A DNA stretch of 32,000 nucleotides. It comes from Haloquadratum walsbyi C23. GTDB lineage: Archaea; Halobacteriota; Halobacteria; Halobacteriales; Haloferacaceae. The position numbers and the translations under genes were made by a program. How positions within the stretch are numbered: the stretch's first letter is position 1; the number at the start of each line of letters is the position of its first letter. A model generated the notes under the pieces. The model was given only the letters and a program-made list of their open reading frames with translations. It ran no database searches and was not told the DNA's origin. The stretch spans positions 2,100,001 through 2,132,000 of the forward strand of contig NC_017459.1 in assembly GCF_000237865.1 (NCBI RefSeq), given 5' to 3'. Below, one piece after another: positions 1 through 11,233 of this stretch.

Positions 1-54
1 CAGTGTCGATGCGTACCGACGAATATTTTCGCGCTGGTATCTCATCACCACGAG

Positions 55-1476
55 ATGCCGCGATTGCTTCAGTACTCGGATGTTGAGAACGTCTTTGACA
101 ATCCACGCCAAGCAGGACGCCTTGCTGGAGCGATCAGGACTCGGAATGATGATCACACAATTATCTGCGGGACCGGAGATAATACCGCACCGGGCGTCCT
201 TGCATTAATTGACCGTGGGCAACAGGCGTTAGAATTATTCGAAGCGATCAATACGGATGTTGAAACATTCGGAAATCATGATTTTGATTTTGGAATCGAA
301 GCCATACAGTCGATTGTCGCAGCAAGTCCACAGACGTGGGTATCAACAAATATCTATCATCAAGATGATGATGGAACCGCTGGGGAGCGGTTTGCTGCGA
401 ATGATTCCGTTCCAACAACAATTGAATCGGTAAATAAAGAAACGGTTGGATTTATTGGCGTGACAGACCCGGCGACGCCATCATTGAACCCAATGGCTGA
501 TGAGCTCTATTTTACCGATCCATATAATGCAGCAGAAAAAGCAGTTGGAACACTTCAGGCGGCTGATGTCGATCATATTGTTGCGCTTTCGCATCTCGGA
601 AGTGGGGATGATAAACTCGCTCGACAAACAGATATTGATGTTATCCTTGGCGGACATCTCCACACGAAAAGACATGAATGGGTCGATGGAACACTCTGCG
701 TGCGACCAGGTGCGGGTGGCAAGACAATTACCGAAGTGACACTCAACAACGGAGATATCACTGCAACACAGCATGAGACAGCTACTGCGCCACTGGCAGA
801 TGATGTTGTTTCAGCGCTCCAGGGTCGGATTGACGCTGCAGGGCTTGATCAAGTCGTTGCGCATACCTCACAGCCACTTGAGCGGACTCACAGTGACGTG
901 TTTGCAGGTGAATCACGAATTGGAAATTTTGTCGCTGATGCATATCGGTGGGCGCTTGACACTGATATTGGACTACAAAATAGCGGTGGAATCAGAAACG
1001 GTCCAGCATTGAGCGGCGATATCACAACTGCTGATCTTATGAGCGTCGTTCCATTCAATGAGCATATCGTCTGTGCAGAAATAACTGGGGAAACGTTACG
1101 TGCAGTGTTGCGTGAATCAGCCGCATCAGTCGTCGACTTTGGTGAACCGGGATGGTGGCACAGTCATCTTTCAGGGGCGAGAGTTGTATGGGATGAGGAT
1201 GCTGAAACAATACAGGCAGCTTCTGTTGATAATCAACCGATTGCTCCTAGGCAGTCATATACGCTTGCGACATCAGCATATGTGCTACACAGCGATCATG
1301 AGTTCCCAACGCTCACTAATCATCACCGTGTTGGTGAAGGTGGGATTCAATTTGAGATTCTGATAGAGTATGCTCGCGAGCAAGGAGTTGACGTAGCAGT
1401 TGAGGGGCGTGTCAAACGAATTGGGTCATCTGATAGTCAGTCTGCATCGCAGAGTCCGAGCGCCACTACTGATTGA
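55..1476 (+). CDS. bifunctional metallophosphatase / 5'-nucleotidase family protein
   Basis: 473-aa ORF with ATG at 55. The N-terminal half has calcineurin-like phosphoesterase motifs (GTGDNT, GNHDFDFG, LGGHLH). The C-terminal half resembles the 5'-nucleotidase substrate-binding domain (QNSGGIR, VVPFNE). No obvious signal peptide. Confidence 0.85.
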   Translation: MPRLLQYSDVENVFDNPRQAGRLAGAIRTRNDDHTIICGTGDNTAPGVLALIDRGQQALELFEAINTDVETFGNHDFDFGIEAIQSIVAASPQTWVSTNIYHQDDDGTAGERFAANDSVPTTIESVNKETVGFIGVTDPATPSLNPMADELYFTDPYNAAEKAVGTLQAADVDHIVALSHLGSGDDKLARQTDIDVILGGHLHTKRHEWVDGTLCVRPGAGGKTITEVTLNNGDITATQHETATAPLADDVVSALQGRIDAAGLDQVVAHTSQPLERTHSDVFAGESRIGNFVADAYRWALDTDIGLQNSGGIRNGPALSGDITTADLMSVVPFNEHIVCAEITGETLRAVLRESAASVVDFGEPGWWHSHLSGARVVWDEDAETIQAASVDNQPIAPRQSYTLATSAYVLHSDHEFPTLTNHHRVGEGGIQFEILIEYAREQGVDVAVEGRVKRIGSSDSQSASQSPSATTD

Positions 1477-1772
1477 ACTTCACAGCATACTATTCAAGTG
1501 AATTAACCCAAGGCGATTGCATTCACCGGTAGTAAATGATGCCAGTCCATACAGATCAGGATCTCCACAACCGTTATCAAGAAATTAAAGAGATGGTATT
1601 ATGTGTGAATGCAGTTAATTACAGATCGATTTAGTATAATGGGTGTGTTGTTTGACTCTGATATCTCTGCCTTTGGATTAAACTGTGAGATGAATCAATG
1701 ATTCCATATTTCAACACTGTGGTCATTGTTGCAAGTGAAAACGTTCAGGATGCGTGAGAGAGTCTACATCAA

Positions 1773-2189
1773 ATGATGACGCGTGTGGTTGTGCCGGTTC
1801 GATATCCGTTGACAGAGCACTCGCGGGCAACACTTGCTGAGGCTATCTCAATTGCAGGTGAGCAAACTGCAGAATTAACTGTTCTTCATGTTGACCTGTA
1901 TCAGCAAGGTGATGATGTTAGTCGTGCAGAATTAAAGCGTGCTGTTGAGGCTGCTTTCGGTCCCATTGAGCGGGCACGTTATGTCGTTCGGCGCGGATTT
2001 CTTGTCGAGGAGACTATTCTTGAAGAAGTAGCAGCAGATAACGCTGACATCGTTGTCATTGGCTCAAAACAAGTAAGTCGATGGCGACAGATGCTTCGAC
2101 GAGTGATTGATGAGCCTGATATCGAGTCGTATTTGAAAGAAAAGCTTGAATGTACTGTGACTACCGTTAGACATAATAATATTGGGTAA
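1773..2189 (+). CDS. universal stress protein (UspA family)
   Basis: 138-aa ORF. Usp-like layout: VVVPV N-terminal strand, LTVLHV, and ADIVVIGS near the C-terminus. Start could be ATG 1773 or 1776. Confidence 0.8.
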   Translation: MMTRVVVPVRYPLTEHSRATLAEAISIAGEQTAELTVLHVDLYQQGDDVSRAELKRAVEAAFGPIERARYVVRRGFLVEETILEEVAADNADIVVIGSKQVSRWRQMLRRVIDEPDIESYLKEKLECTVTTVRHNNIG

Positions 2190-2521
2190 GCTACTTTCTA
2201 CCGAAATAAAACGTTGGTGACTCAGGCTTCGGGCGGATGGACTCTTTTGATCGAATAACGCCTGTGTACTTAACATCACCGTGACTACATATTCAAGAGC
2301 ACTTTATAGAGTATACATGATAGCTTCGGCGAAGAACTATTACGAGCTATCTGGTGAGCGTTCGATTTTCAGCCCTTGGATTTTATATAAGTGAGCGAAG
2401 GATCTCAAAAACTAGATGACCCTATTTGTGAAGATGTTATCACTCTTGTTATATGCGTATATGCGTGATTGAATCGGCTAACTGAGAATATGAACCAGAT
2501 CTTCATGAATATACATGTCGG

Positions 2522-3598
2522 TTATTCAGCTTGAGTATCGGTGCTTATGTCTATATTTGAGTTCATATCATCATTTTCACTTTCGTGTGTATTCGTTTCC
2601 GAGGTGGTTGGTGATTTACCACCGGCTGGACCGGTCTTAACAGTTGCATCAAGAGATCCGCTTGTGTGATCAAAAACAAGATGTCGGTGGGGATATGCAA
2701 ACTCAAGTTCTGCTGCATCCTCATGGAATCGCGACCAAATAGCATCTGCAACGTCGGATTCAGTCGCTTGGAGCCTATATGGTCGGACAACCCAATATCG
2801 AAGTCGGAGCACAATCCCATCATCTCCAAATGAATCAAGAAATACAGTCGGACGAGCTGGATATCGAGCATTCCCAACACGAATATCAGGACCGCCCTCA
2901 ATGACATCATCAATGCTTGCCGCAGCGCGTTGAATCAATTCGCGGGCTCGTTCAAGATCAGACTCATAGGTAACAGCAATATCAAGTGTCTGTCGGACAC
3001 GTTCATCTTCTGCTGAGAAGTTTGTCACAAGCTGTTCGCGAATAGATGAATTTGGAACCACAAGAAAGGTATTATCAAGTGTAAATATCTTCGTGTATCG
3101 GATTGTGATATCGTCAATAAATCCACGCCGTCCATCATCAAGTTCAATCATATCACCAATCTCATATGGCTGATCGGCAAGAATAAACAATCCATTGACA
3201 ATACTCCCCGCAATTGGTGCAAGAACAATACCAAGAACTGCAGAAAATACAGTCACCGACAAAACAATATCACCAACTTGTAATCCAACAATGCTCGCTG
3301 CAACCGCAACGGTAAATAGAACAATACTCAGGCGAACAAGGCGAAGTGCTGTCTGTGCAACACTTTGTCGTTGAAACCGCCGAGCGACCTGACGTCCGAT
3401 CAGGCGGGTGATATATCGTGAAATGACAATACCTACGATAACAACGGCGAGTGCGACCACCCATCGCCATCCTGGAAACTGAATCCACTGTGGTATCACG
3501 TTTGCAGGCGATATATTCGATGATCCCGACGGTGTCGGTGTCTGCGTTTGAACTGGCAACAGAATCTGTGTCAGCAGCAATATACTAGATGGACTCAT
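2522..3598 (-). CDS. mscS: mechanosensitive ion channel protein (MscS family)
   Basis: TM helices are followed by the MscS core (GSIVNGLFILADQPYEIGDMIELDDGRRGFIDDITIRYTKIFTLDNTFLVVPNS). The open frame extends to 3679. I prefer the internal ATG at 3598 (MSPSSILLL...), but the start is uncertain. Confidence 0.85.
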   Translation of the reverse strand: MSPSSILLLTQILLPVQTQTPTPSGSSNISPANVIPQWIQFPGWRWVVALAVVIVGIVISRYITRLIGRQVARRFQRQSVAQTALRLVRLSIVLFTVAVAASIVGLQVGDIVLSVTVFSAVLGIVLAPIAGSIVNGLFILADQPYEIGDMIELDDGRRGFIDDITIRYTKIFTLDNTFLVVPNSSIREQLVTNFSAEDERVRQTLDIAVTYESDLERARELIQRAAASIDDVIEGGPDIRVGNARYPARPTVFLDSFGDDGIVLRLRYWVVRPYRLQATESDVADAIWSRFHEDAAELEFAYPHRHLVFDHTSGSLDATVKTGPAGGKSPTTSETNTHESENDDMNSNIDISTDTQAE

Positions 3599-4059
3599 AA
3601 ACACCGGTGATTCCAGTAACAACAGATACTCAAATATATCCTTTCCTGGCACAACAACGGATACCATGTCGATAATCACATACTGGCGGTTGATTATACA
3701 TCATCGGTAGAAACCACAGCCAATCATGAATCGGTCCGCTGTCTTCGGATATGATACAACCCTGATGATAAGCCCAAATCAGGAGTTTCTAGAGTAGATC
3801 GATTCCGACAATGCATTGAGATATTATATTATCCTCAATGACAGTATTTAATCCTTACAGGCTATGTCTCCTTTCTCAACTCCCCGCCGAATGACCGGTA
3901 GGAGTAGATATGGAGGAGATACAAGTCAAATACACAATCTAATACGGGGATATTAACAGAGGACCGTATCTGTATATCGGATTTCGGATACAGAATTATG
4001 AATATGATGCTACTCGAAATATAGTAAATAGTAAGTCATTTCAGATAAGATATATTGGC

Positions 4060-5121
4060 ATGCCAGAAGACTTGTATGTGACTATGGAGCAAGTGGGCGA
4101 GCGATTCAATCTTGGTGAATATGAGATTGACGCATATCTTGCAGTGCTTGAACACGCCCAATTGACTGCCTCTGAGATTGCAGACCAGACCGAAATCCCA
4201 CAACCACGGGTTTATGATACCGTTCGGAGTCTCTCTGATCGTGGACTTGTCGAGTTACGCGAATCACGACCGATGAAAATTGTCGCTGTTGATCCTGATG
4301 ACGCCTTTGAGAATGTTCAAACGTCACTTGATGAGTTAATCGCCGAACTTGAGGCTCGATATACCGCCCCAGCACGAGATACCGAAGCTGTATCGCTCGT
4401 TAAATCGCGGTCGACAATTCTTCGATACATTGAGGAAATAATTCATAATGCTGAGTATGAGCTTGTGCTCTCACTTACCCCAGAGTTACTCAGGCGATTC
4501 CATGATGACCTTGCAGTTGCGATTGATACAGGAGTCAGTATCGATCTGCTCATAACGCCGCTTTCGCGTGCCCCCAATCCATCAGAATTCGATTATCTTG
4601 AGGTTGCAACAGTCACTCGAGCACGCCGAGGAATTACAACACCTGTGCTTGCAGTTGCAGATGGCAATTACTCAATTTATGCAACACAGGACGCGCTTCG
4701 GGATGACCGTGACCGATATGGTGTCATTTTCAATCGTTCTGCGCTTGGATTCCTTGTATCGGGCTTCTTTGGGACGGTGCTTTGGTCAACGGCTGAGACA
4801 CTTGCGGATGATGGTAAACAGCGACCATTCCCACGCCGATATGCATCAATTCGCCGCGCTGTCAAAGATATTCGTGAACTTGAGGGAACATTCTATGCGT
4901 CGGTGTCAGGTCGCGATGTTGAAACAAGCGAGCCAATTGTCGCTGAAGGTCGGGTCATGACCACAACATTCGAAGAGACAGAAGAAGTAGCAGCAATCCG
5001 GCTTGAAACCGAGGATGACGTCGTCGATATCGGCGGACTTGTTGCAGCACTTGAGGATATCGAAGCCCAACAGGTTGTTCTTGATCGCAATGGAATACCT
5101 AATCGCACACAGTTTGAATGA
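4060..5121 (+). CDS. TrmB family transcriptional regulator
   Basis: 353 aa. N-terminal TrmB-type winged HTH ([46 protein letters not shown]) plus a long C-terminal effector-like domain. Confidence 0.85.
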   Translation: MPEDLYVTMEQVGERFNLGEYEIDAYLAVLEHAQLTASEIADQTEIPQPRVYDTVRSLSDRGLVELRESRPMKIVAVDPDDAFENVQTSLDELIAELEARYTAPARDTEAVSLVKSRSTILRYIEEIIHNAEYELVLSLTPELLRRFHDDLAVAIDTGVSIDLLITPLSRAPNPSEFDYLEVATVTRARRGITTPVLAVADGNYSIYATQDALRDDRDRYGVIFNRSALGFLVSGFFGTVLWSTAETLADDGKQRPFPRRYASIRRAVKDIRELEGTFYASVSGRDVETSEPIVAEGRVMTTTFEETEEVAAIRLETEDDVVDIGGLVAALEDIEAQQVVLDRNGIPNRTQFE

Positions 5122-5176
5122 GAGCATTAAAATTCCATAACTCAGTATAACTGGATGCACTTTTTCGACACAAGAG

Positions 5177-5186
5177 ATATATATTC
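5177..5186 (+). promoter_or_regulatory. TATA-like box upstream of the RHH gene
   Basis: GATATATATT lies about 22-31 nt upstream of the GTG start at 5208. That spacing fits a leaderless or short-leader haloarchaeal promoter. Confidence 0.3.
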
Positions 5187-5207
5187 AATCTCAAAATATC
5201 AAATATA

Positions 5208-5636
5208 GTGTCAAAACAAACCGTTCGCTTCCCCGATGAGGTCGTTGAATCAGTCGAGTCACATGTGAGTGATGACGAGTTTACCAGTATGTCGGAGTTT
5301 CACCGATTTGCGATTGAGCACTTATTGTGTCAACTTGATACCGAATATGAGCCGGTCATTCAAGAATACGATGAGATCGAGCGCTCAACGGTGTACACTG
5401 GAGAAGCAGCCGCGTCACAAGGTGTGGGACGAGCGGATGAAAGAGGTGAATTTCTTCAGACAGCTGGTCGTGTCCGTCAGTACGCACTTCGCGGTGATAT
5501 TGAAACAGCATATGATCTCATTGACAACCGATATGAACCGAGTAGCCCAATGGCGATGTTCCTTGATTTGATCGTTCGGGGTGCCGCAGGGATTCACTCA
5601 TCCGCAGACAATCACCCGTCATTACACTCAGAGTGA
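5208..5636 (+). CDS. ribbon-helix-helix (CopG/Arc-like) domain protein
   Basis: 142-aa ORF with a GTG start. The N-terminus fits the RHH pattern (TVRFPDEVVESVESHV ... SMSEFHRFAIEHLL). It is co-directional with, and 86 nt downstream of, the TrmB-family gene. Confidence 0.6.
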   Translation: MSKQTVRFPDEVVESVESHVSDDEFTSMSEFHRFAIEHLLCQLDTEYEPVIQEYDEIERSTVYTGEAAASQGVGRADERGEFLQTAGRVRQYALRGDIETAYDLIDNRYEPSSPMAMFLDLIVRGAAGIHSSADNHPSLHSE

Positions 5637-5984
5637 ACTACTCCATACAATTGAGTGAAGTGAAAATTTATACTCTCTCCATATTCTAGATATTTTTCAG
5701 CTAAAATTGAGGACAGGATATCTTTTTTACTTACTAACAGGAGTGAGTATGCTAGGTGATTTAATATCCGATACCATCTTGTGCATCCTACTCGTTGTAT
5801 CTATAGATATGGCTCGCTCGACAGATTCTCATATGAGGTTATTCCGGTCATCGAATAGTAGTTCGCACTGCCGATATCCGTCTCATATCTTGTGGGTCTC
5901 TGATGATTCACATTGTGTTCGCTCTGTTTATATGATCGGCAATCAAGAAGGGTTGGAGTCTCCTTATTCCTCCATCATAACAAC

Positions 5985-7532
5985 ATGACTGACTGGACCG
6001 AGCGATACCGGCCAACGACATTATCTGCGGTCCGGGGGAACAATGCTGCCCGCGATGAGTTCATTGAATGGGCAGAATCTTGGGATGATCATCATGAGTC
6101 AGTCGTGCTTCATGGTGCACCCGGAGTCGGGAAGACCTCAGCCGCACATGCACTTGCAAGCGATATGGGATGGGAGACCGTCGAGCTCAATGCGTCAGAT
6201 CAACGAACGAGTGATGTCATCGAGCGACTTGCCGGACGAGCAGCAAAAAATGCGACACTCGCCGGTGCTGCAAGCGGAACCACAAGCACTCGGCAATTGA
6301 TTATCATGGATGAGGCTGATAATATACATTATCAGTATGATCGCGGAGGTAAGCAGGCTGTCACGACTCTCTTGAAGGATGCGAATCAGCCGATTGTCCT
6401 TATCGCGAATGAGTACTATGATATGTCAAGAGGACTCCGTAATGCCGCTCAAGACATCGAGTTTCGCGACATTTCTGCACGCTCGATTGTCCCTGTCCTT
6501 CGGAATATCCTTCGGAAAGAAGATATCGAATTTGAGGAAGCAGCGCTCAAGCAGATTGCTGAGGTGAACAGCGGCGATCTCCGTGCGGCGATCAAAGATC
6601 TACAGACGACTGTCGAGGGCAGCGATCGCATCACTGTTGATGATGTCAAAACAGGTGGTCGTGATCGGGCAATGGGTCTCTTCTCGTTTCTCGATAGCGT
6701 ATTAAAGGAGGATGCGGCTGAGGAAGCACTTCAGAACTCATACGATGTTGATGAAACCCCCGATGATCTCCTGAAGTGGGTTGAAGATAAAGTGCCACTA
6801 GTATATGATGACGCTGAGCTGGCGCGAGCTTACGAATTTCTCTCGAATGCAGACATCTGGACAAATCGCGTGTATGCGACTGATTACAATTACCGTTGGT
6901 GGCGGTATGCAACTGATAATCTCGCTGGGGGTGTCGCAGCCGCTCGTGAAACACAACGAGGAGGATGGACACGGTATGGTGGTGCTCCATACCGTTCGAC
7001 ACGTGACGCAACTCGTGATACAGTGGTACGTGAGGTTGCGAAGACGGGTGGATTTTCAATGGCAACAGCTCGTACAGCGGTAATACCGTTTCTGTCTGCA
7101 ATCACGCATTTGTGTAAACCACGATCCCTCACTGTCGGTATGGCGGCATGGTATGAACTTGATGAGGCTGGCGTATCCTATATTACAGGAAGTGGTGAAA
7201 CAACAAAGAAAGTCGCTTCAATTGTTGAGGATGCGGCTGAGCGTCGATCGGAAGCGGTTGAGGCACACGCCGGGAGTGCATTTGCTGAAACAGAGACAGA
7301 AGAGAAGACCAACTCTACCGGAAATCAAGACTCTGGTGTGGACGTACAGTCTCACAAGAGTGCTGAAAGTGGAGATGATACTGTCACAACAGCCAATACT
7401 CCTGCAGAAGACCATGCGCAATCAGGAGCCAGCGAGACAGCCAGTGCAACGGAATCAGCATCTGACTCGGATGCAAGTACGGATACAGACGCTGATGATG
7501 ATGGTCAGGCTGGTCTTTCAGAATTCATGTGA
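5985..7532 (+). CDS. rfcL: replication factor C large subunit
   Basis: MTDWTERYRPTTL N-terminus typical of RFC. Walker A GAPGVGKTS, Walker B IIMDEADNI, and a long acidic C-terminal tail. The open frame starts at 5913, but the ATG at 5985 gives the canonical N-terminus. Confidence 0.9.
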   Translation: MTDWTERYRPTTLSAVRGNNAARDEFIEWAESWDDHHESVVLHGAPGVGKTSAAHALASDMGWETVELNASDQRTSDVIERLAGRAAKNATLAGAASGTTSTRQLIIMDEADNIHYQYDRGGKQAVTTLLKDANQPIVLIANEYYDMSRGLRNAAQDIEFRDISARSIVPVLRNILRKEDIEFEEAALKQIAEVNSGDLRAAIKDLQTTVEGSDRITVDDVKTGGRDRAMGLFSFLDSVLKEDAAEEALQNSYDVDETPDDLLKWVEDKVPLVYDDAELARAYEFLSNADIWTNRVYATDYNYRWWRYATDNLAGGVAAARETQRGGWTRYGGAPYRSTRDATRDTVVREVAKTGGFSMATARTAVIPFLSAITHLCKPRSLTVGMAAWYELDEAGVSYITGSGETTKKVASIVEDAAERRSEAVEAHAGSAFAETETEEKTNSTGNQDSGVDVQSHKSAESGDDTVTTANTPAEDHAQSGASETASATESASDSDASTDTDADDDGQAGLSEFM

Positions 7533-7632
7533 TGGGTTGTCTAACCCGAGGGGCGAGATGCTAATCGATGGTGATTTTACTCGATCTATCGATAAGCGAG
7601 TATTGATAGACTGAATCGCACGGAAAGAGAGA

Positions 7633-8367
7633 CTACAACAATTTAGAGAGGAATTGTTTTCCGCGCGTTGTTGATGGGTTTTCAAAGAATGATGTCGGGG
7701 AAGCACTCTCGACAATTCGACCATCAGCCATCAGCACAACACGATCGCCAACCTCGCGAGCGAATCCCATTTCATGAGTAACAACCATCATTGTCATCCC
7801 ATCACCCGCGAGATCCCGCATTACACCAAGTACCTCTCCAACAAGTTCCGGATCAAGCGCGCTTGTCACCTCGTCAAAAAGCATTATTTTCGGCTCCATC
7901 GCAAGCGCACGAGCAATCGCGACACGCTGTTTCTGCCCACCAGATAACTGATTTGGATATGATGATGATTGCTCAAGTAGACCAACTTCATCAAGTAAAT
8001 TCTCAGCGCGCTGTGTTGCCTCCTTATCAGGAATGTTTTTTACCTTTCGTGGTGCGAGAGTGATATTTTCGAGTGCCGTCTTATGAGGGAACAAATTGAA
8101 TGATTGAAACACCATTCCGATCCGCTGGCGAAGTCGGTTGACGTCAGCATCCACTGCTGAGATTGATTGTCCATCAAGCCGTATCTCACCATTTTGGATT
8201 TCCTCAAGCCGATTGGCACATCGAAGTAAGGTTGATTTTCCTGAACCAGAGGGACCAACAATGACACAGACTTCGCTGGTGTCAATATTCAGTGTAATAT
8301 CCTTCAAGACGTGCGTTTTTCCAAAGTATTTATCAATGTCATCAAACTGCAATACGGCATTATTCAT
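7633..8367 (-). CDS. polar amino-acid ABC transporter ATP-binding protein
   Basis: Walker A GPSGSGKST, ABC signature LSGGQKQRVAIARAL, Walker B IMLFDEVTSALD, H-loop VVTHEM. The ATG at 8367 overlaps the permease stop by 8 nt (ATGAATAA), which suggests translational coupling. Confidence 0.9.
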   Translation of the reverse strand: MNNAVLQFDDIDKYFGKTHVLKDITLNIDTSEVCVIVGPSGSGKSTLLRCANRLEEIQNGEIRLDGQSISAVDADVNRLRQRIGMVFQSFNLFPHKTALENITLAPRKVKNIPDKEATQRAENLLDEVGLLEQSSSYPNQLSGGQKQRVAIARALAMEPKIMLFDEVTSALDPELVGEVLGVMRDLAGDGMTMMVVTHEMGFAREVGDRVVLMADGRIVESASPTSFFENPSTTRGKQFLSKLL

Positions 8368-9214
8368 TCGTATCACCACCCCAGTCAGCACGTGTTTCAA
8401 GATACTCAACAAGTCGCCCCATCGGAACAGTGATTGAAAGATAAGCAATTGCCACTAGTAAGAGCGGTGTCCATGGATCAAATGTTGCACTATTGACATC
8501 GCGGAACTGTTGGATAAGTTCCGGAATTGCAATGACAGTGAGTAACGACGTATCTTTTACTAAGATAATCTGATCATTACCAATAGCTGCAAGCGCGTTT
8601 CGCCATGCTTGTGGGATAACAACCTCACGCATCGCTTGGACATATCCCATGCCGAGTGACCGCGCAGCCTCCATTTGACCGTCTGGTACCGCACCAATAC
8701 CGCCACGAACTGCTTCACCAACATACGCGGCATGATTGAGCGTCAGTGAAAGTATCGCTGTTGGAAGTCCCCACCCCTGGATTGGAAACGTTCCTGGCCA
8801 GAGGGTTGGGATACCGAAATAAATCACAAAAATCTGAAATAATAGTGGTGTTCCGCGAAAGAACTGAACGTATGCTGCTGAAATTCCTCGAGTGATATTT
8901 GTTTTTGAGACACGAGCCAATCCAACAAAAATGCCTGCAGTAACAGAGAGCACACTGCTGGCGACAACAATCCCGAGCACAAGTCCATATGCGCCAATGA
9001 ATTGCGGGAGGATTGTTGGGATTAGTCCATAACTAATCTGTGATGTAAGGATATACGTGAGTAACAGAATAATACCGAGTGCGAAGAGACTCGATACTGC
9101 AACACCAACGCGTCTAAGGACAGTATCATCGAAAAATCGATCATCTGCAACAACTGTTTGTGCATCCGTATCTGTCTCTGTGTCTGAAGTCGCGCCTGAG
9201 TATGAATCAGCCAT
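8360..9214 (-). CDS. amino-acid ABC transporter permease (HisM/GlnP type)
   Basis: 284 aa with multiple TM segments and an EAA-loop motif (MEAARSLGMGYVQAMREVVIPQAWRNALAAIGN). Lies between the substrate-binding and ATPase genes on the same strand. Confidence 0.9.
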   Translation of the reverse strand: MADSYSGATSDTETDTDAQTVVADDRFFDDTVLRRVGVAVSSLFALGIILLLTYILTSQISYGLIPTILPQFIGAYGLVLGIVVASSVLSVTAGIFVGLARVSKTNITRGISAAYVQFFRGTPLLFQIFVIYFGIPTLWPGTFPIQGWGLPTAILSLTLNHAAYVGEAVRGGIGAVPDGQMEAARSLGMGYVQAMREVVIPQAWRNALAAIGNDQIILVKDTSLLTVIAIPELIQQFRDVNSATFDPWTPLLLVAIAYLSITVPMGRLVEYLETRADWGGDTNE

Positions 9215-9301
9215 TATTGAATAGCAACAAGAACGTATGTGGTGAATTCGAGTGTGTGTCGTAAATTATGTCTAACGAACCGACAAGTCAACGTTTGTCT
9301 A

Positions 9302-10204
9302 TTACCCTGAGAAGTACTCTGAGTAGATTTCGTCGTATGTGCCGTTATTCTTAATCGTCGCAAGCGCCTCATTTACGCGCTCAAGGAATTCGCTATCATC
9401 TTCTCGGAATGCAATACCATAATTTTCGACAGTCAGGGTTAGATATGGGGGCGCATCTTGACCGGCTTCAACTGCAGCACCCTCACCTTCGATAAACTCA
9501 ATATTGTCTTCTTGACTGGCAAATTCGGCATTCACTGTATTATCATTGATCACTGCGCTGACCTGACCGTTTTTAAGAGCCTGAAATGCGGCAGGAATCT
9601 GATCATATCGGTTTAATTCAATATTTCCATCAAACTCGGATTGAAGTTCCTCTGCAGCGTTTGCACCAGTTGTGCCCTTTTGAACACCGACAACAGTACC
9701 CTCAAGATCTCCGCGTGAGCTAATTGAACTATCTGCTCGAACAATGATGGTTTGATACGCCGTGAAATACGGATCGGAAAAATCAACCTTCTCATCGCGG
9801 GTATCATTGATTGTCATTGCCGACATGATAATTCGGAAGTTACCGTTATTTAACGATGGAATAATCGAATCGAAGCTTGTTGGTTTGAACTCATAATTGA
9901 CACCAAGTTGATCTTCAAATACTGCTTGCGCAATGTCAACATCAAATCCAGTCAATTCGCCGCTCGTTGTCTCATACTCGAACGGTCGATATGGGATATC
10001 GGAGCCAATAACAACATTTGAGGGAACGACTGACTCTGCAGTTGCGGTTTCTGTGTCTGATACTGTATCAGTAGGTGTATCTGTCCCGGCTGAAGAGTCA
10101 GCAGTAGCCGTTGACTCTGATTCAGAATCTGATCCTGTACATCCCGCAATAAGGCCGCCAGCAATAACACCAGCGCCAGATTTTATGTAACTACGTCGGT
10201 CCAT
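9302..10204 (-). CDS. amino-acid ABC transporter substrate-binding lipoprotein
   Basis: N-terminal twin-arginine-like signal plus lipobox (MDRRSYIKSGAGVIAGGLIAGC). An acidic Thr/Asp/Ser linker is followed by a type-2 periplasmic-binding-protein fold (FDVDIAQAVF, DFSDPYF). Confidence 0.9.
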   Translation of the reverse strand: MDRRSYIKSGAGVIAGGLIAGCTGSDSESESTATADSSAGTDTPTDTVSDTETATAESVVPSNVVIGSDIPYRPFEYETTSGELTGFDVDIAQAVFEDQLGVNYEFKPTSFDSIIPSLNNGNFRIIMSAMTINDTRDEKVDFSDPYFTAYQTIIVRADSSISSRGDLEGTVVGVQKGTTGANAAEELQSEFDGNIELNRYDQIPAAFQALKNGQVSAVINDNTVNAEFASQEDNIEFIEGEGAAVEAGQDAPPYLTLTVENYGIAFREDDSEFLERVNEALATIKNNGTYDEIYSEYFSG

Positions 10205-10396
10205 ACTACCGTTCGATATTTTCCAGGACTATAACAAAGCATCGGTTCAGCAGATAACAATTCAATTCGAGCCCACACTTATATACAATCTCTCGAACAG
10301 TCGATGAACAACTCAATACTAACGTTAACATACACGGGTCTGATTGTTATATCAAAAAATAAATATCACTACCTGACACTATGAGTGTATCTGTGG

Positions 10397-11233
10397 TCAG
10401 TCACCACCAGGAATACCGCGGGAAGGTGGATGTGTATCTTTTCTTCGAAGGGTCACGACCGCACCAATAGTGAGGGCAAGAATAAACAAACTGCCTCCCA
10501 TCGAAAGATACTGCAGCATACCGGCATAGACCTGTCGTCCGATAATAAGTAACCCAATCATTGTCGCCGCCGCAAGGCTGGCTGTCATGCGCACACGCCA
10601 TGCCGAATTGGAGTCATTAACCACACTGGGTGCCCATGCTCCGATGGTAATAACTGCTGTATAGATCATCAGTCCAACTGCATAGTAGACTGACTGAACA
10701 GTTGGGTCAAATATGATAAACGCATGAGGTGTCAGCAATATAAGAATTGGAGTGGCAACCATCGCGAGTGTTCCGATTCGGAAGAGAGTAGATCGATTAA
10801 TCACAGGTTGACTCCAAACGGTCGCAAGCACAACTCCGGTGAAGATCAATGAAGCCGTAAGAAAGTGTGCTGTTAAGATTACCCACTCATACGTCGTGAC
10901 GGTCAGTGCTCCAAGGATAATTTGTGATGGTAACAACACTGTTGACCCAGCAAGCGCAATTCGGATGCGTCGCTCAATCCTGCGTCGCCATGCTGTCACG
11001 GTTGTCCCAAGAATAATAATTCCAGTTATCATCGCAACGAATCGATGGAACCATTCGATGAAACTGCTCCAATTTGCTGGGAAAAGGCCAAGATAGCCGT
11101 CACAAAACGGCCACCGACCCGCACATGTTAATCCAGCACCCGCGGCCGCAGTGTAGACGCCAAGCACCATCAACACTCCTGTGAGAAGCGTTGATGCGGC
11201 GATAAGCCGGCGAAGCCGTATGTCAATGCTCAT
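10397..11233 (-). CDS. ctaA: heme A synthase (COX15/CtaA family)
   Basis: 278-aa polytopic membrane protein. It has the CtaA-type Cys pair in the first loop (CAGRWPFC) and conserved His in TM helices (WFHRF, TAHFL). Confidence 0.8.
   Translation of the reverse strand: MSIDIRLRRLIAASTLLTGVLMVLGVYTAAAGAGLTCAGRWPFCDGYLGLFPANWSSFIEWFHRFVAMITGIIILGTTVTAWRRRIERRIRIALAGSTVLLPSQIILGALTVTTYEWVILTAHFLTASLIFTGVVLATVWSQPVINRSTLFRIGTLAMVATPILILLTPHAFIIFDPTVQSVYYAVGLMIYTAVITIGAWAPSVVNDSNSAWRVRMTASLAAATMIGLLIIGRQVYAGMLQYLSMGGSLFILALTIGAVVTLRRKDTHPPSRGIPGGD

Noticed and set aside
3885-3915. A GC-richer patch with TAGGAGTAG, reminiscent of the ATAGGAGTAGGAGTACCGG block of relic B.
   Set aside because: Only a 9-mer is shared, it is not colinear with the element, and there are no hairpins.
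3960-3995. Inverted repeat TCTGTAT-N12-ATACAGA about 70-100 nt upstream of the TrmB-family gene, considered as a candidate auto-operator.
   Set aside because: It does not match any TrmB operator I can recall precisely. There is a single occurrence and no comparative data, so I did not call it as a feature.
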